Of a DNA stretch of 64,000 nucleotides, positions 18,521-29,187 are shown in pieces. The DNA lies in contig OZ220700.1 of NCBI GenBank assembly GCA_965116725.1, forward strand, positions 628,923 through 692,922. The letters are read 5' to 3'. Source of the stretch: Thermodesulfobacteriota bacterium. Lineage in GTDB: Bacteria > Desulfobacterota_D > UBA1144 > Nemesobacterales > Nemesobacteraceae. The number at the start of each line of letters is the position of its first letter. The stretch's first letter is position 1. The position numbers and the translations under genes are program-made. Below the pieces are notes generated by a model, which was not told where the DNA came from, searched no databases, and worked only from the letters and a program-made list of their open reading frames with translations.

Positions 18521-19312
18521 ATGCCATACGCAAAGACAAACGGAATAAATCTTTACTATAAAGAGTACGGAAAGGGATATCCGCTCGTGCTCATCCACGG
18601 TCTTGGAAGCAGTCTTGAAAGCTGGGATGTGCAGGTTCCCATCTACTCGGAACATTTCCGCGTGATAGTGCTTGACAACAGGGGTTCGGGCCGCTCCGAG
18701 AAGCCCGATTATCCCTATACGATGGAGCAGATGGCGGATGACGCCGCAGGGCTCTTGGACTTTCTCGGGATAGAAAAAGCCCACTTCGTTGGAAAATCAA
18801 TGGGTGGAATGATCTGCCAGTGGCTGGGTATAAAATACCCCGAGAGGGTCAACAAGCTCGTTATGGGATGCTCCTCCGCACATAGGGACGAGGTCGGAAA
18901 TCTGCTTATCAAAACCGCGAGGGACATAGTGGATAAAGCGGGACCCGGGGCGGGGTGGGTTTTTGCGCTTTTTCTCGGATACCGAAGGAAATATATCGAA
19001 GAGAATTACGACTCCTTAATAAGCAGAATCGAGGAAGTTCCCGTTGACCCCGATGCGGCCGCCGGATACAGAAACCAAAGCTACGCGTGCGAGAACCACG
19101 ACGTGTTAGCCCAACTCGGGAAGATCTCCGCAAAAACCCTGATCATGTACGGAGAGCGGGATATAGTTACACCTCCCGAGAGATCGAAAAAGCTTGTGGA
19201 ACTTATACCGGATGCGGTTGAAAAGGCCTTTGCGGACGTCGGCCACGGATTCTGGAGAGAGTGCCAAGCCGAGGTGGATAGAGCCGTGCTCGATTTCCTC
19301 GCAAAAGACTAG
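18521..19312 (+). CDS. Alpha/beta hydrolase fold protein
   Basis: HGLGSS oxyanion region. GKSMGG nucleophile elbow. C-terminal His. Confidence 0.75.
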   Translation: MPYAKTNGINLYYKEYGKGYPLVLIHGLGSSLESWDVQVPIYSEHFRVIVLDNRGSGRSEKPDYPYTMEQMADDAAGLLDFLGIEKAHFVGKSMGGMICQWLGIKYPERVNKLVMGCSSAHRDEVGNLLIKTARDIVDKAGPGAGWVFALFLGYRRKYIEENYDSLISRIEEVPVDPDAAAGYRNQSYACENHDVLAQLGKISAKTLIMYGERDIVTPPERSKKLVELIPDAVEKAFADVGHGFWRECQAEVDRAVLDFLAKD

Positions 19313-19437
19313 CTACACGGGACTCCGCCCAAAGAACGACTGCAACTTCCGCTCCGTAATCGATTCAGGTCCTGCGAGTCTCTCTACGTCTGCTTTAAAA
19401 AACTCAGCCACTTTAGAGATGTATGCAGCTCTTTCTT

Positions 19438-21732
19438 CTATGACCTGTTCCGGTAGGTCAGCTGCACACCGAAGGTTCTGCCTTTGGAGAGCGGCGCGAA
19501 CGAACCTCCCCCGAGGGAGGGGTGGAGATCAACATAGCTTCCGTGTTTAACTTGGTCAAGAAGGTTCTTTCCGTAAAATCCGATTGAGAACCTACCGTTC
19601 ATTGGAGTGATATCAATTCCAGCGTCAACAACTTTCTGCTCTGGAGTATATCCTTTGTTGTCATCTGTAAGGTATAACTTGCTGCGATACGAGTAGCTTA
19701 CCCTTGAAGTCAATTTCGCCCAGTTCGCAAGTCCGGCATCATGGGTCGCGCCGAAGCTCCAAGTCCACTTTGCGGCCCGGGGAAGCTGTAAAGCTAGGTC
19801 TTTTACGTCAAGAGTGCCGTCTCGATTAAGATCATGTTTTACTTTAGTGTACTCGGGATCTACGTATCCGACGAAACCCAGAAGAAAAAGTTTCTCGGTA
19901 ACGGCGATCAGGCCGTCAAATTCAAAGCCGAAGGCTTCTACATCCGCAGTGTTGCGAATCTCCTCGGCTATGCCGCCCAAGGCCACGGATTCTGGAAGAG
20001 TTATCACCCTCTGCACATCATCGATCAGGTTATAGAAAACCGCACCGTTCAGGATGCCTATGTTTGTTGATAACTTGAATCCTGCCTCGAAGGTATCGAT
20101 CTTTTCTTCATCGTACGGTCCCGGGCGTTCCACCTCTGGGGCATAGGTATTGCGCAGATTATAGCCTCCAGAGCGGTATCCTCTGGTCCAGTGTCCGTAA
20201 ACGTTCGCTTCAAAGTTCGCTCCGCCGTCTAGATAGTAGGCAACGCCGAGCTTGGGCGACCAACTGTTCCAGGTCTCTTCGTCGGTGAAATCAAGCGGGC
20301 ATGCGGGTCCGGTCGCGAAGTTGCATGGCATTCCCCCGCTGGCTGTAGCGGGGGCGGAGGATGTCTCAGCCTCTCTCTTTTCATAGCCGTAACGGGTGCC
20401 CGCGGTAAGCATTATCTGATCCGTAAGATCGTAATCAAAAGAGAGAAATACACCTAGCGTATCAACGTAATAATTCCCTCCCAAGTCTTGGATAATAGCT
20501 CCTCCTAACAGATAACGGCGGTCATGATAATTTATCTCGTTTGTAAAGTAATAAAAACCGGTCGTCGCGTGGAGACTTTCGAAGAATCTGCCCGCGTAGC
20601 GCAGTTCGTTGCTCCACTGACGGTAGGGGGTCCATCCACGTATATTCAAAAGGTTTTGCGACGAAGAATCGATATCAAGCAAAGCGGACCCGTCCGCGTC
20701 GTAAAGGCCAAATATGTTCGTTATGGTGCCATCTCCGAAACCCACATCCCAATTCACCTGAGCGGAGAAAAAGTGATTTCTATGCTCCCTGAAGCCTTCC
20801 TCGTCGATGCTGAAATCATGACTATTAATATTGAAGTCGCGCTGGTTCTGTCCCGGGGAGCCATCGCTTTCCGAATTCTCGTACCGGTAGCGCAGAACAA
20901 GGCTTACGTCATCCGTTGGATTCCACGTAATAACCGATCGTACCATTCGTGTGTCGTTCTCTCCGTAAGCCTCGCCCGTGTGGAGATTCTTAAACCAGCC
21001 GTTATCCTGATTTGTGTACGCACTTATCTTTACGCCGATGGTCTCGCTAATAGGGCCTCCGATTGTGCCCATATAATAGCTGTTAAGACTCTCGCCTCCT
21101 CCTTCAAACGTAGTGCGGGCCGATATCTCAAGAGCATCTCCCGGTTTTTTCGTGTTAACCAGTATGGCGCCCCCCGTGACATTACGGCCGAAAAGTGTTC
21201 CCTGCGGCCCCCTCAGCACCTCCATGCTTTCAATATCGAAGGTATCAAACAAAACGATGGTTGTCTGCCCTAGGTACACGCCGTCGACAAACACTCCCAC
21301 GGTTGGATCAACAGACGCTATGGAGCTGTTTATTCCGACACCGCGGATGGAAAAGTTGGCTATTGCCATTCCCGAGATGGAATCGTCAAGTGCCACATTG
21401 GGCATGCTCGCTGATAGACTTTCAAGATCGTTTACCTTCAAAGCCTCAATCTTTTCGGAACTGAAATGGGTGATCGCCAGGGGAACGTTCTGAATCAGCT
21501 CTTCTCGTTTTCGGGCGGTGACCGTGATTTTTTTGAGAAGTACGCCGCTTACCCCAAACAAACTCTGTGCAGCTGCCTCATCGTCTTGTGCAGCTGCGTC
21601 ACCGCTGCCGAGCGACGCCAGGAGTACACCTGCGAGAAACAGGCTCAAAAACCCCTTCACTGCAGACTGAAATTTTCCTCTAATTATTTTGATACCCTCC
21701 TTTCTCCGGGAGATTATAACATAATCCTGCAC
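19438..21732 (-). CDS. TonB-dependent outer-membrane receptor
   Basis: 764 aa. Signal peptide. Plug-domain motif (MEVLRGPQGTLFGRNVTGGAILVNTK). Long beta-barrel. Confidence 0.85.
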   Translation of the reverse strand: MQDYVIISRRKEGIKIIRGKFQSAVKGFLSLFLAGVLLASLGSGDAAAQDDEAAAQSLFGVSGVLLKKITVTARKREELIQNVPLAITHFSSEKIEALKVNDLESLSASMPNVALDDSISGMAIANFSIRGVGINSSIASVDPTVGVFVDGVYLGQTTIVLFDTFDIESMEVLRGPQGTLFGRNVTGGAILVNTKKPGDALEISARTTFEGGGESLNSYYMGTIGGPISETIGVKISAYTNQDNGWFKNLHTGEAYGENDTRMVRSVITWNPTDDVSLVLRYRYENSESDGSPGQNQRDFNINSHDFSIDEEGFREHRNHFFSAQVNWDVGFGDGTITNIFGLYDADGSALLDIDSSSQNLLNIRGWTPYRQWSNELRYAGRFFESLHATTGFYYFTNEINYHDRRYLLGGAIIQDLGGNYYVDTLGVFLSFDYDLTDQIMLTAGTRYGYEKREAETSSAPATASGGMPCNFATGPACPLDFTDEETWNSWSPKLGVAYYLDGGANFEANVYGHWTRGYRSGGYNLRNTYAPEVERPGPYDEEKIDTFEAGFKLSTNIGILNGAVFYNLIDDVQRVITLPESVALGGIAEEIRNTADVEAFGFEFDGLIAVTEKLFLLGFVGYVDPEYTKVKHDLNRDGTLDVKDLALQLPRAAKWTWSFGATHDAGLANWAKLTSRVSYSYRSKLYLTDDNKGYTPEQKVVDAGIDITPMNGRFSIGFYGKNLLDQVKHGSYVDLHPSLGGGSFAPLSKGRTFGVQLTYRNRS

Positions 21733-21836
21733 AAAAAATCCAAGTTGTCAGGTTATTAGGTAACGTAACCTACGGCGCGACATGAAATGCCCGGCCGCGG
21801 CGGACACACAGGCATCTCCGCCGCACAGGGGATAAA

Positions 21837-22085
21837 TCAAGCAACGGGAATGGAGTTTTCGATCAGAAGAATCGGTATGTTCTCCCTTACGGGATAGAGA
21901 TATTCCCCGCCGCGGCAAATAAGACCCCCCTCGATCTTCTCGGAAACCCGCTCTCCCGACCTGTCAACGAGAGTTCCGAACTCAACAAGTTCGTTAAGCC
22001 GCTCAATGATTTCCCGACCGGCCTCTTCAAGAGGTTCTCCAGTCTCAGGACACACGAGAATTTCAAGCAGTTCCTTGTCAATCAT
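21837..22085 (-). CDS. Trm112/YcaR (UPF0434) family small zinc-ribbon-like protein
   Basis: LLEILVCPETGEPL ... YPVRENIPILL pattern. The start was taken at the internal Met MIDKELL. Confidence 0.55.
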   Translation of the reverse strand: MIDKELLEILVCPETGEPLEEAGREIIERLNELVEFGTLVDRSGERVSEKIEGGLICRGGEYLYPVRENIPILLIENSIPVA

Positions 22086-22162
22086 CGGTTTCGGGATTAA
22101 CGGTTTGCGGGGGGAGACCTTGGGACGCGGGTGCAGTGGAACTTCCGCCCGCAAGAAACCTT

Positions 22163-23455
22163 CTATGTTCCCAGCAGCTTCTGGGCCTCCTCATCCGATT
22201 TCTCAAAATAAAACTTGGGATCATTGCGCCCGGCTATAACGCTCTCGTCAATGACACAGCGTGTTACTCCCTCAAGCGAAGGCACTTCATAGAAAACCTC
22301 AAGCATAATCGCTTCTATGATGGCCCGAAGCCCCCTGGCCCCGGTATTTCTCAAGACGGCTTCCCTGGCGATGGCTTTTCTCGCATCTTCCGTTATCTCC
22401 AGCTGCACCTTCTCGATTTCCATCATCCTCTCAAACTGCTTTACGATGGCGTTTTTGGGTTCGGTCAAAATCTCGACCAACTGCTCTTCGGTAAGTTCGC
22501 TCAGACTGGCAATGATCGGGACTCTACCGACGAATTCGGGAATCAGTCCGAACTGAACAAGATCCTCAGGCTGGACCTTGTTGAGAAAGTTGCTTTCGTC
22601 CTCCGCAGTCCTGTCTGACAACTTAGCTCCGAAGCCGATGGATTTCTCCCCGATTCTCGCGCGGATAATATCCTCAAGGCCGCAGAAAGCACCACCGCAT
22701 ATGAAAAGAATGTTCGTGGTGTCCACCTGGGTAAATTCCTGCTGCGGATGCTTCCTTCCCCCCTTGGGAGGAACATTTGCCAGGGTCCCTTCCATTATCT
22801 TGAGCAACGCCTGCTGCACACCCTCTCCCGAGACATCTCTCGTGATGGAGGGACTGTCGCTTGATTTGCGCGTGAGCTTGTCTATCTCGTCTATATAGAT
22901 AATGCCCCCGCGGGAAGCTTTTTCGACATCGTAGTTTGCCGCCTGAAGGAGGCTCACTATCATGTTTTCCACGTCCTCGCCCACATAGCCAGCTTCCGTA
23001 TAGCAGGTAGCGTCCACTATGGTGAAGGGAACGTCGAGAATCTTGGCCAGCGTCTGCGCAAGCAGGGTTTTTCCTGAACCCGTGGGGCCTATGAGAAGTA
23101 TGTTGCTTTTCTCCACTTCCACCTTGTCGCTTCTTCTCCTGCCGGATTCGTTAAACTGCATCCGCTTGTAGTGATTGTAGACGGCGACGGAAAGTACCTT
23201 CTTGGCGTTTTCCTGACCTATTATGTATCCGTCAAGGAAGGATTTCATCTGCTGCGGGGTCGGAAAGGATTTCTTCGGTTTCGGAAAAGCGCTGTCCTTG
23301 GTCCTCTCTTCCGCTATGATCTGGTTACAGAGGTCTATGCACTCATCACAGATATAGACGCCGTGGCCCGCTATGAGCTTGTTGATCTCTTCCTGATTCT
23401 TCCCGCAGAAAGAACAGTAGTGCTTCGTTTCTTCTTTGCTTTTCCTGGGACTCAT
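22163..23455 (-). CDS. clpX: ATP-dependent Clp protease ATP-binding subunit ClpX
   Basis: N-terminal C4 zinc finger (CSFCGK..CDEC). Walker [16 protein letters not shown]. Located clpP-adjacent. Confidence 0.95.
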   Translation of the reverse strand: MSPRKSKEETKHYCSFCGKNQEEINKLIAGHGVYICDECIDLCNQIIAEERTKDSAFPKPKKSFPTPQQMKSFLDGYIIGQENAKKVLSVAVYNHYKRMQFNESGRRRSDKVEVEKSNILLIGPTGSGKTLLAQTLAKILDVPFTIVDATCYTEAGYVGEDVENMIVSLLQAANYDVEKASRGGIIYIDEIDKLTRKSSDSPSITRDVSGEGVQQALLKIMEGTLANVPPKGGRKHPQQEFTQVDTTNILFICGGAFCGLEDIIRARIGEKSIGFGAKLSDRTAEDESNFLNKVQPEDLVQFGLIPEFVGRVPIIASLSELTEEQLVEILTEPKNAIVKQFERMMEIEKVQLEITEDARKAIAREAVLRNTGARGLRAIIEAIMLEVFYEVPSLEGVTRCVIDESVIAGRNDPKFYFEKSDEEAQKLLGT

Positions 23456-24054
23456 CCGGTTGCCTCCTCCCTTTCGGTAATTATGGCATCCACTATACCG
23501 TAATCAATAGAATCCTGAGCGGTCATGAAAAAGTCTCTGTCCGTATCGTTCGCTATCCTCTCAAGAGTCTGCCCGGTGTGCTTCTCAAGTATGGAGTTGA
23601 GCTGCTCTTTCACCCTGACGATCTCCTTTGCGTGTATCTCTATGTCGCTTGCCTGCCCGGAAACACCTCCGAGCACCTGGTGAATCATCACCCTCGAGTG
23701 AGGCAGCGCGTACCTTTTGCCCGACGCGCCGCTTGCCAGAAGAACCGCAGCCATGCTGACCGCCTGCCCGATGCATATGGTGGAGACTTCGGGTTTCACG
23801 TACTGTATCGTGTCGTAGATGGCAAGACCGGAAGTAACATGCCCTCCGGGAGAATTTATGTAGAGGTAAATAGGCGTCTCGGGGTTCTCGGATTCAAGAA
23901 AAAGGAGCTGGGCGATTACGACGTTGGCTACCGCATCGTTTATGTCGGAACCTATAAAGACGATCCTGTCCTTAAGGAGCCTTGAGAAAATATCGTAGCC
24001 CTGATCGCCCCTGCTCGTACGCTCAATAACGTAGGGTATGAAATCGGTTATCAT
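23452..24054 (-). CDS. clpP: ATP-dependent Clp protease proteolytic subunit ClpP
   Basis: 200 aa. Ser-His-Asp context ([22 protein letters not shown]). Lies between tig and clpX. Confidence 0.95.
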   Translation of the reverse strand: MITDFIPYVIERTSRGDQGYDIFSRLLKDRIVFIGSDINDAVANVVIAQLLFLESENPETPIYLYINSPGGHVTSGLAIYDTIQYVKPEVSTICIGQAVSMAAVLLASGASGKRYALPHSRVMIHQVLGGVSGQASDIEIHAKEIVRVKEQLNSILEKHTGQTLERIANDTDRDFFMTAQDSIDYGIVDAIITEREEATG

Positions 24055-24077
24055 TGAACCGATTATAACTAAGCGTG

Positions 24078-25385
24078 TTATTCCTTGTCAATCTGCGCGG
24101 GTTCGCCCTCTACTTCCTCAATCTGGGCCCGCTCTAGGAGAAGATCCAAAACCCCTCGGGTTTTGATCTGGGATTCAAGATGCTCCATAGTCCCCGGCTG
24201 TTCATAAGCCTTGTGCACCTGGTCGGGAGGAAGATTATATGAAGCGGCCAGGCGGTCTATGTGCTCGTTTAGCTGCTTACGGGTAACTCTCACGTTCTCC
24301 TTCTGAGCGATGCGGCCGAGAATTATGGATGTCCTGACGCTCTCGGCGGCCTTCTCGGTGAATTTCGGCGCCACGTCCTCCCCGATCTCGGGTTCCGTGA
24401 CTCCGCCTCTCTGCATGTCGGAGAGAAATCTCGCTTTAAGGCTCTCCTCTTCCTTTTCAAGCAGCGACGGAGGAACGTCGAACTGGTTTTTCGAGAGAAG
24501 GTCGTCGACTATCTGATCCCTCATGGATGAGAGCTGTTCGTCTTCATGGAGGTGCTCAAGCTGCTCCTTTATGGCCTTTTGCAGCTCAGAGATACCCTCG
24601 ACGTCAAAATCCTTAGCGAAATCATCGTCCGCCTCGGGCAGAACCCTGTCGTGAATCTCATTTATCTTGACGGTGAAACTGACGGTTTTCCCGGCGGCCT
24701 CGGATATCAGGAAGTCTTCCGGATAGGAAACCGAGAATTGAGCTTCCTCGCCCGCTTTCTTCCCAAGCAGGTTCTCTTCGAACTCGGGGGCAAACTGCTC
24801 TTCGCCCAGCAGGAACCTTACGTTCTGCCTGTTAAGATCGTCTATGGTCTCCCCGTCTTCAAACTTGCCGCTGTAGTCTACAAAAACGTAATCGCCCTCC
24901 TTGGCAGGACGATCTTCCTCGATAAGCCTTGACTGCGCGGACCTTTCCCTGAGTTTCTGCACCTCGGCGTCTATATCCTCCTCTGTCACCTGGCGGACGG
25001 TTTTCTTAACTGGAATTGAGCTGTAGTCAGAAAGCTCAAAATCGGGAACAACCTCGAATTCAGCCGAATAGGCGAAATCCTCTCCGGTCTTTACCTCATC
25101 CATCTCCGTAATGTCGGGGCGTGTCACTGGCAAAAGCGAGCGCTGCGCAAGGGCTTCGGACAAGGTTTCCGAAACAAGGTTAGATGCGGTTTCCTGATCG
25201 ACCTCCTTTCCGTACATTGACTCGACCACGTGACGGGGGACCTTTCCCTTTCTAAATCCCTTGACGCTCACTCCTCCCATAACATCGCGGAACACGGAAT
25301 TTCTTTTTTCCGCAACCTGATCCGAGGAAAGAGAAACCCTTATCTTTTTTCTGGTGCTGTCAATATCCTCAACATCTATCTTCAT
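24078..25385 (-). CDS. tig: Trigger factor
   Basis: 435 aa. N-terminal ribosome-binding domain, FKBP-type PPIase region (GFRKGKVP), and the tig-clpP-clpX gene order. Confidence 0.9.
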   Translation of the reverse strand: MKIDVEDIDSTRKKIRVSLSSDQVAEKRNSVFRDVMGGVSVKGFRKGKVPRHVVESMYGKEVDQETASNLVSETLSEALAQRSLLPVTRPDITEMDEVKTGEDFAYSAEFEVVPDFELSDYSSIPVKKTVRQVTEEDIDAEVQKLRERSAQSRLIEEDRPAKEGDYVFVDYSGKFEDGETIDDLNRQNVRFLLGEEQFAPEFEENLLGKKAGEEAQFSVSYPEDFLISEAAGKTVSFTVKINEIHDRVLPEADDDFAKDFDVEGISELQKAIKEQLEHLHEDEQLSSMRDQIVDDLLSKNQFDVPPSLLEKEEESLKARFLSDMQRGGVTEPEIGEDVAPKFTEKAAESVRTSIILGRIAQKENVRVTRKQLNEHIDRLAASYNLPPDQVHKAYEQPGTMEHLESQIKTRGVLDLLLERAQIEEVEGEPAQIDKE

Positions 25386-25541
25386 TTTGTCTAAAACCCC
25401 TCGGTAAAGAATTCAGGTAACAATATATCATTATTCGAAAAATTCTAGTATGCTCCGTAACTCAAAGTGAATTTTCAAATCCGAAGTTAAAAACCGAACG
25501 TCACACCTTTTGCACGTCACCTCTTGAACGTCGCTCGCAGC

Positions 25542-27476
25542 TTACGAATGTTTTTCCCGGTATACGTAATTTCGTGCAAACAAAGAAAAGGCAAGGACAA
25601 GAAGGACAGCTTGGGGGATCGCGGTCTCATAAGAGGGATATATCCCGAGGGTATCCATGTAAGGAATGAAATCCGCCGTAGTTGAAGAAATAATTCCCGC
25701 CTCCTGGAGTTCAAGTATTCCCTTGCCAAGAAGTATGAAACAAAGCAAATAGAGGAAAACGCTCGTGAAGGAAAAGAAGTATTTAAGAGGAATCCTGAGG
25801 GTAAACCTGTACATAAGAAAGGCTATTACGAACACGACCGCCACTCCCGCAACAAGTCCATAGATCACGTGCGGCGTGGATGAACCGGTCTGGAAGAAAA
25901 GTGCCTGGTAAAAAAGCATCGTCTCGAAAGCCTCCCTGTAGACGGCAAGAAACGAAACGAAAGCAAGGGTAAGACCGCTTCTGCGTGTAAGCGCGCCCTG
26001 GGTCTTCGAGCGGACGTATTCCTTCCATTTTTTTACGTCCGCTTTTGAGACAAGCCAGTAACTTACGTAAAAAAGAATCGCTGCTGCCAGAAGAGAAGTC
26101 ACTCCTTCCACAATCTCCCTTCTAGCCCCCGAGATATCTATTATGGTTCTTGCCGCAACCCACGTCGCCAGTCCCGCAAAGATGGCGAGCACCCACCCGT
26201 AGTGAACGTACCTGATCATCCCGCGGTTACCTGAATGCGCCAAAGCGGCGATAATGGCCGCGATTATAAGCAGAGCCTCAAGCGCTTCTCTGAGTATTAT
26301 GGCAAAGGAATTAACAAAACTGAGGTATTTGCCGAGCGATGAGCCGCCTTGTAGGATGCGTTCCGACTCGCGAAGATCCTCCTCTATGCTAGCTTTCAGA
26401 TCATGAAGCTCGGAGGAATCCCGGTCGGACATCACTAATGACCTGAAAAATCCTATTTTTTTCTCAACCTCAAGAACAAGCGGTCTTTTTTTCGATACCA
26501 AGGCAGGTTCGATTCTCTGAAACCCTCCCAAGTACCCGTCGAGAGCCTCCTTGAAAGCCTCATCCTTTCTACCGGCCTCGTAAAGATCGATGGCCTCTTC
26601 AAGCTTCCTCAGGGTATGGGCTATAGCTTCGGATGCACCTCCAGCAATTCCATCCCGAAGATAAGCGGTTCTCAGGTAAAAAAGAACTTCCTCGTCACTG
26701 CCCCCGGCTCCGGCATTAAGAAGAATCTCCGCATTGCTAGCTAGGGCAAGGTTTTCAAGCTTTCTTACATCATGGGAAATATTCTCCGTGGAGAGCCCAG
26801 AAGTACCTCCGCCTGAGGGAATATCCGGATACCCAAGCGAGAGAACGTAAAACGCCACATCCCATTTCTGTTTTTCGTCAAGCACTTTTTCGAACGAGGT
26901 CATGGCGGTACCTTCGATCCCGAAAGTGGTGGTGTTGTAAACTTTAAAGGGTGAGAGCCCGAGATTTATATCAGGATCTGTGAAATCCGTGGGAGGAGGA
27001 TTGAGGGTCTTAGAGAAAGCATCGTCCGGCCTTCCTGAGAGCCCATGACAGGAGGAACAGTTCCTTACGTAAAGCTCTTTTCCGCTTTCGTAATCGGGTA
27101 TATTCGCCGGATAGGGTTTGATGGCATAGGCTGAAATGATCCGCCCCTTCAGTTCACCTGCAAGGCTTTCCACTTCGGAGACGGGTCCCTTGGATACTAC
27201 AATTGAGTGCAGACGTGCGAATTTTTCGGAAAAATCAGTTGTTCCTTCTCTCTTTTCACCCGTTTTTTCCCACAGGTCAACCGCTATGGAAGAAAAATCC
27301 AGCATTTCCTGATACTCAAATTCGTTTATGATCTCCCCTTCTTTTACGGCATTTGCGTAATCTCCTCCTATGTAATCGACAAGAGAGAGGATCCTGTCTA
27401 TCTCTGCGGCATAAGAGAATGCGGGAAAAAGAAAAAATATGAGAACTGACAAACAGAAGAAACTTTTTTTAAGCAT
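25542..27476 (-). CDS. Cytochrome c / FTR1-family high-affinity iron permease fusion
   Basis: Signal peptide. Periplasmic domain with a single CSSCHG haem-binding motif. The C-terminal polytopic domain has two RExxE motifs (REALEAL, REAFETM) diagnostic of FTR1/EfeU. Confidence 0.8.
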   Translation of the reverse strand: MLKKSFFCLSVLIFFLFPAFSYAAEIDRILSLVDYIGGDYANAVKEGEIINEFEYQEMLDFSSIAVDLWEKTGEKREGTTDFSEKFARLHSIVVSKGPVSEVESLAGELKGRIISAYAIKPYPANIPDYESGKELYVRNCSSCHGLSGRPDDAFSKTLNPPPTDFTDPDINLGLSPFKVYNTTTFGIEGTAMTSFEKVLDEKQKWDVAFYVLSLGYPDIPSGGGTSGLSTENISHDVRKLENLALASNAEILLNAGAGGSDEEVLFYLRTAYLRDGIAGGASEAIAHTLRKLEEAIDLYEAGRKDEAFKEALDGYLGGFQRIEPALVSKKRPLVLEVEKKIGFFRSLVMSDRDSSELHDLKASIEEDLRESERILQGGSSLGKYLSFVNSFAIILREALEALLIIAAIIAALAHSGNRGMIRYVHYGWVLAIFAGLATWVAARTIIDISGARREIVEGVTSLLAAAILFYVSYWLVSKADVKKWKEYVRSKTQGALTRRSGLTLAFVSFLAVYREAFETMLFYQALFFQTGSSTPHVIYGLVAGVAVVFVIAFLMYRFTLRIPLKYFFSFTSVFLYLLCFILLGKGILELQEAGIISSTTADFIPYMDTLGIYPSYETAIPQAVLLVLAFSLFARNYVYREKHS

Positions 27477-27691
27477 AGTCCGCGGACATCTCCCCATCTT
27501 GGGGGTCAGGGAAGGTACTTTTTACCATTCTAGACCTTTATTGTCAATAATTCTCATTGTCGTTATTTTCACCTTTCTAAATGGTTCCGGGAAGAAAATC
27601 AGACGGGTAATTTCGCTGATTTTCTTGTCTGTAAATATTTTTTAAAAAATTCTTGACATCCTAACTCCAGAATGTTATTAATCTGCGTCAT

Positions 27692-27706
27692 GGATATCAA
27701 ATATCC
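27692..27706. promoter_or_regulatory. Perfect inverted repeat GGATAT-CAA-ATATCC in the divergent FTR1/porin intergenic region (candidate operator)
   Basis: The AT-rich dyad lies about 55 nt upstream of the porin ATG. A second Fur-box-like AT-rich stretch (TTGTCAATAATTCTCATTGTCGTTATTTT) is at about 27541-27570. Confidence 0.35.
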
Positions 27707-27761
27707 ATAATATCTATTAATTGCGCAACCCTAAAAGGTAGTAAAAGGAGGATGTCAACAG

Positions 27762-29075
27762 ATGTTTAACTATACAAGACGGTGGAAAATTCTTTCTGTC
27801 TTTTTCCTGATTTTTTCACTCGCAGGAACTCAGGTTTCTCTAGCGGCCACAGCTTCGGAGGAAAAGATAAAAAAGCTTGAGGAGCAGATAAAGGTTCTAG
27901 CGGATGAGATAGAAGCCATAAAGTCCGCTTCGGTAATGGAGCCTCCAGTCTATGAGACAGAATTCGGTGTGGCCCCGGCGGCCTCGAAGGTCTACAGGGT
28001 TGACCAGGGAGTATCGTTCGGGGGATACGGTGAACTGCTTATAGCCAACGTAAAAGAGGATTCGCACGACATAGTGGATAACCTGAGACTTGTTCTCTAT
28101 AACGGCTACAAGTACAACGACCATATAGTTTTCAACTCGGAAATAGAATTCGAGCACGGTACAACGGGAAGCAACAAGGATGGAAAAGCGGGGTCGGCAT
28201 CGGTTGAGTTTGCGCTGATTGATTTTCTTATAAGCGATGAATTCAACCTGAGGGCCGGACTTCTCCTGACTCCTTTCGGAATCGTGAACGAGATTCACGA
28301 GCCAACGACGTTCTACGGAGTGGGTCGACCCGAGGTGGAGAGGCGGATAATTCCGAGTACATGGAGAGAGTCCGGGGCCGGGGCGCACGGAACGTTTGAT
28401 CTGGGCACCGGCGGGGAGCTTTCTTACAGGGCCTATGCAATGTCGAGCGCCGATGCCCGGGGATTTAAGGCATCGGATAACAGGAGTCTTAGGATCAAGG
28501 GAAACAGGGCTAGATTTGACGATATAGCTTTTGTCGGAAGGCTTGAGTACGACCCTATTCCGGGACTGAAAATCGGCGGGTCCATGTTCTACGGCAACAC
28601 GGGACAGGACGAAGAAGTTAATGGCCAGACGATAGACGGCCTTTTCCAGATGTACGAAGTTGACGCGCAGTTTCAGTATGCCGGGTTAGACCTGAGGGCT
28701 CTATCAGTCTGGACCATGCTGGATGACGCCGCACTTATAAACCAACTTAATGAGTATGAAGGCAACAAATCCGTCGGGGAAGAACAGTCCGGCTGGTATG
28801 TTCTAGGAGCATACAACATTTTCTCTGCGCTCAATTCCGGAAGCAAGTACCTAGAGTATCTGGCGCCTTTTTTCCGGTATGAAAAATTTGATACTCAGGA
28901 GAAAGTTCCCGTCGGATATGAAAGAGACCCGGCAAACGAAAGAACCCAATATACTTTCGGTATAAATTACAAACCGATCCCAAATGTAGTCATAAAAGCC
29001 GAGTATCAGAATCTTGATAACGCCGCGGATGAGGCGACGGATCAGTTCAACTTCGGGCTTGGGTACGTGTTTTAG
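27762..29075 (+). CDS. Putative outer-membrane porin (N-terminal coiled coil + beta-barrel, phosphate-selective porin O/P-like)
   Basis: Signal peptide. A coiled-coil stretch (EEKIKKLEEQIKVLADEIEAIK). Alternating amphipathic beta-strands. C-terminal aromatic (GLGYVF). Confidence 0.5.
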   Translation: MFNYTRRWKILSVFFLIFSLAGTQVSLAATASEEKIKKLEEQIKVLADEIEAIKSASVMEPPVYETEFGVAPAASKVYRVDQGVSFGGYGELLIANVKEDSHDIVDNLRLVLYNGYKYNDHIVFNSEIEFEHGTTGSNKDGKAGSASVEFALIDFLISDEFNLRAGLLLTPFGIVNEIHEPTTFYGVGRPEVERRIIPSTWRESGAGAHGTFDLGTGGELSYRAYAMSSADARGFKASDNRSLRIKGNRARFDDIAFVGRLEYDPIPGLKIGGSMFYGNTGQDEEVNGQTIDGLFQMYEVDAQFQYAGLDLRALSVWTMLDDAALINQLNEYEGNKSVGEEQSGWYVLGAYNIFSALNSGSKYLEYLAPFFRYEKFDTQEKVPVGYERDPANERTQYTFGINYKPIPNVVIKAEYQNLDNAADEATDQFNFGLGYVF

Positions 29076-29187
29076 GATACAGAACTTAAATCCGCGATAA
29101 ACGGGCGCGGGTTTATGCTTCTTTTTTTCTCTCTTTTTCTCTCTTCAAAAGGGCAATATTCAGATAGAATGTTGCCCTTCTTTAATC

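Noticed and set aside
21733-21836. AGGTAACGTAACCT element upstream of the TonB-dependent receptor as a palindromic operator
   Set aside because: On inspection it is a direct GTAAC-GTAAC repeat with inverted 3-nt flanks, not a true dyad. There is no Fur-box-like match.
29076-29187. Strong intrinsic terminator after the porin gene
   Set aside because: Only short or imperfect stems can be drawn (CCGCG-N9-CGCGG, and GGGCAATATTC-N5-GAATGTTGCCC with one mismatch). The T-rich tract is interrupted. It may function weakly, but it was not convincing enough to list as a feature.
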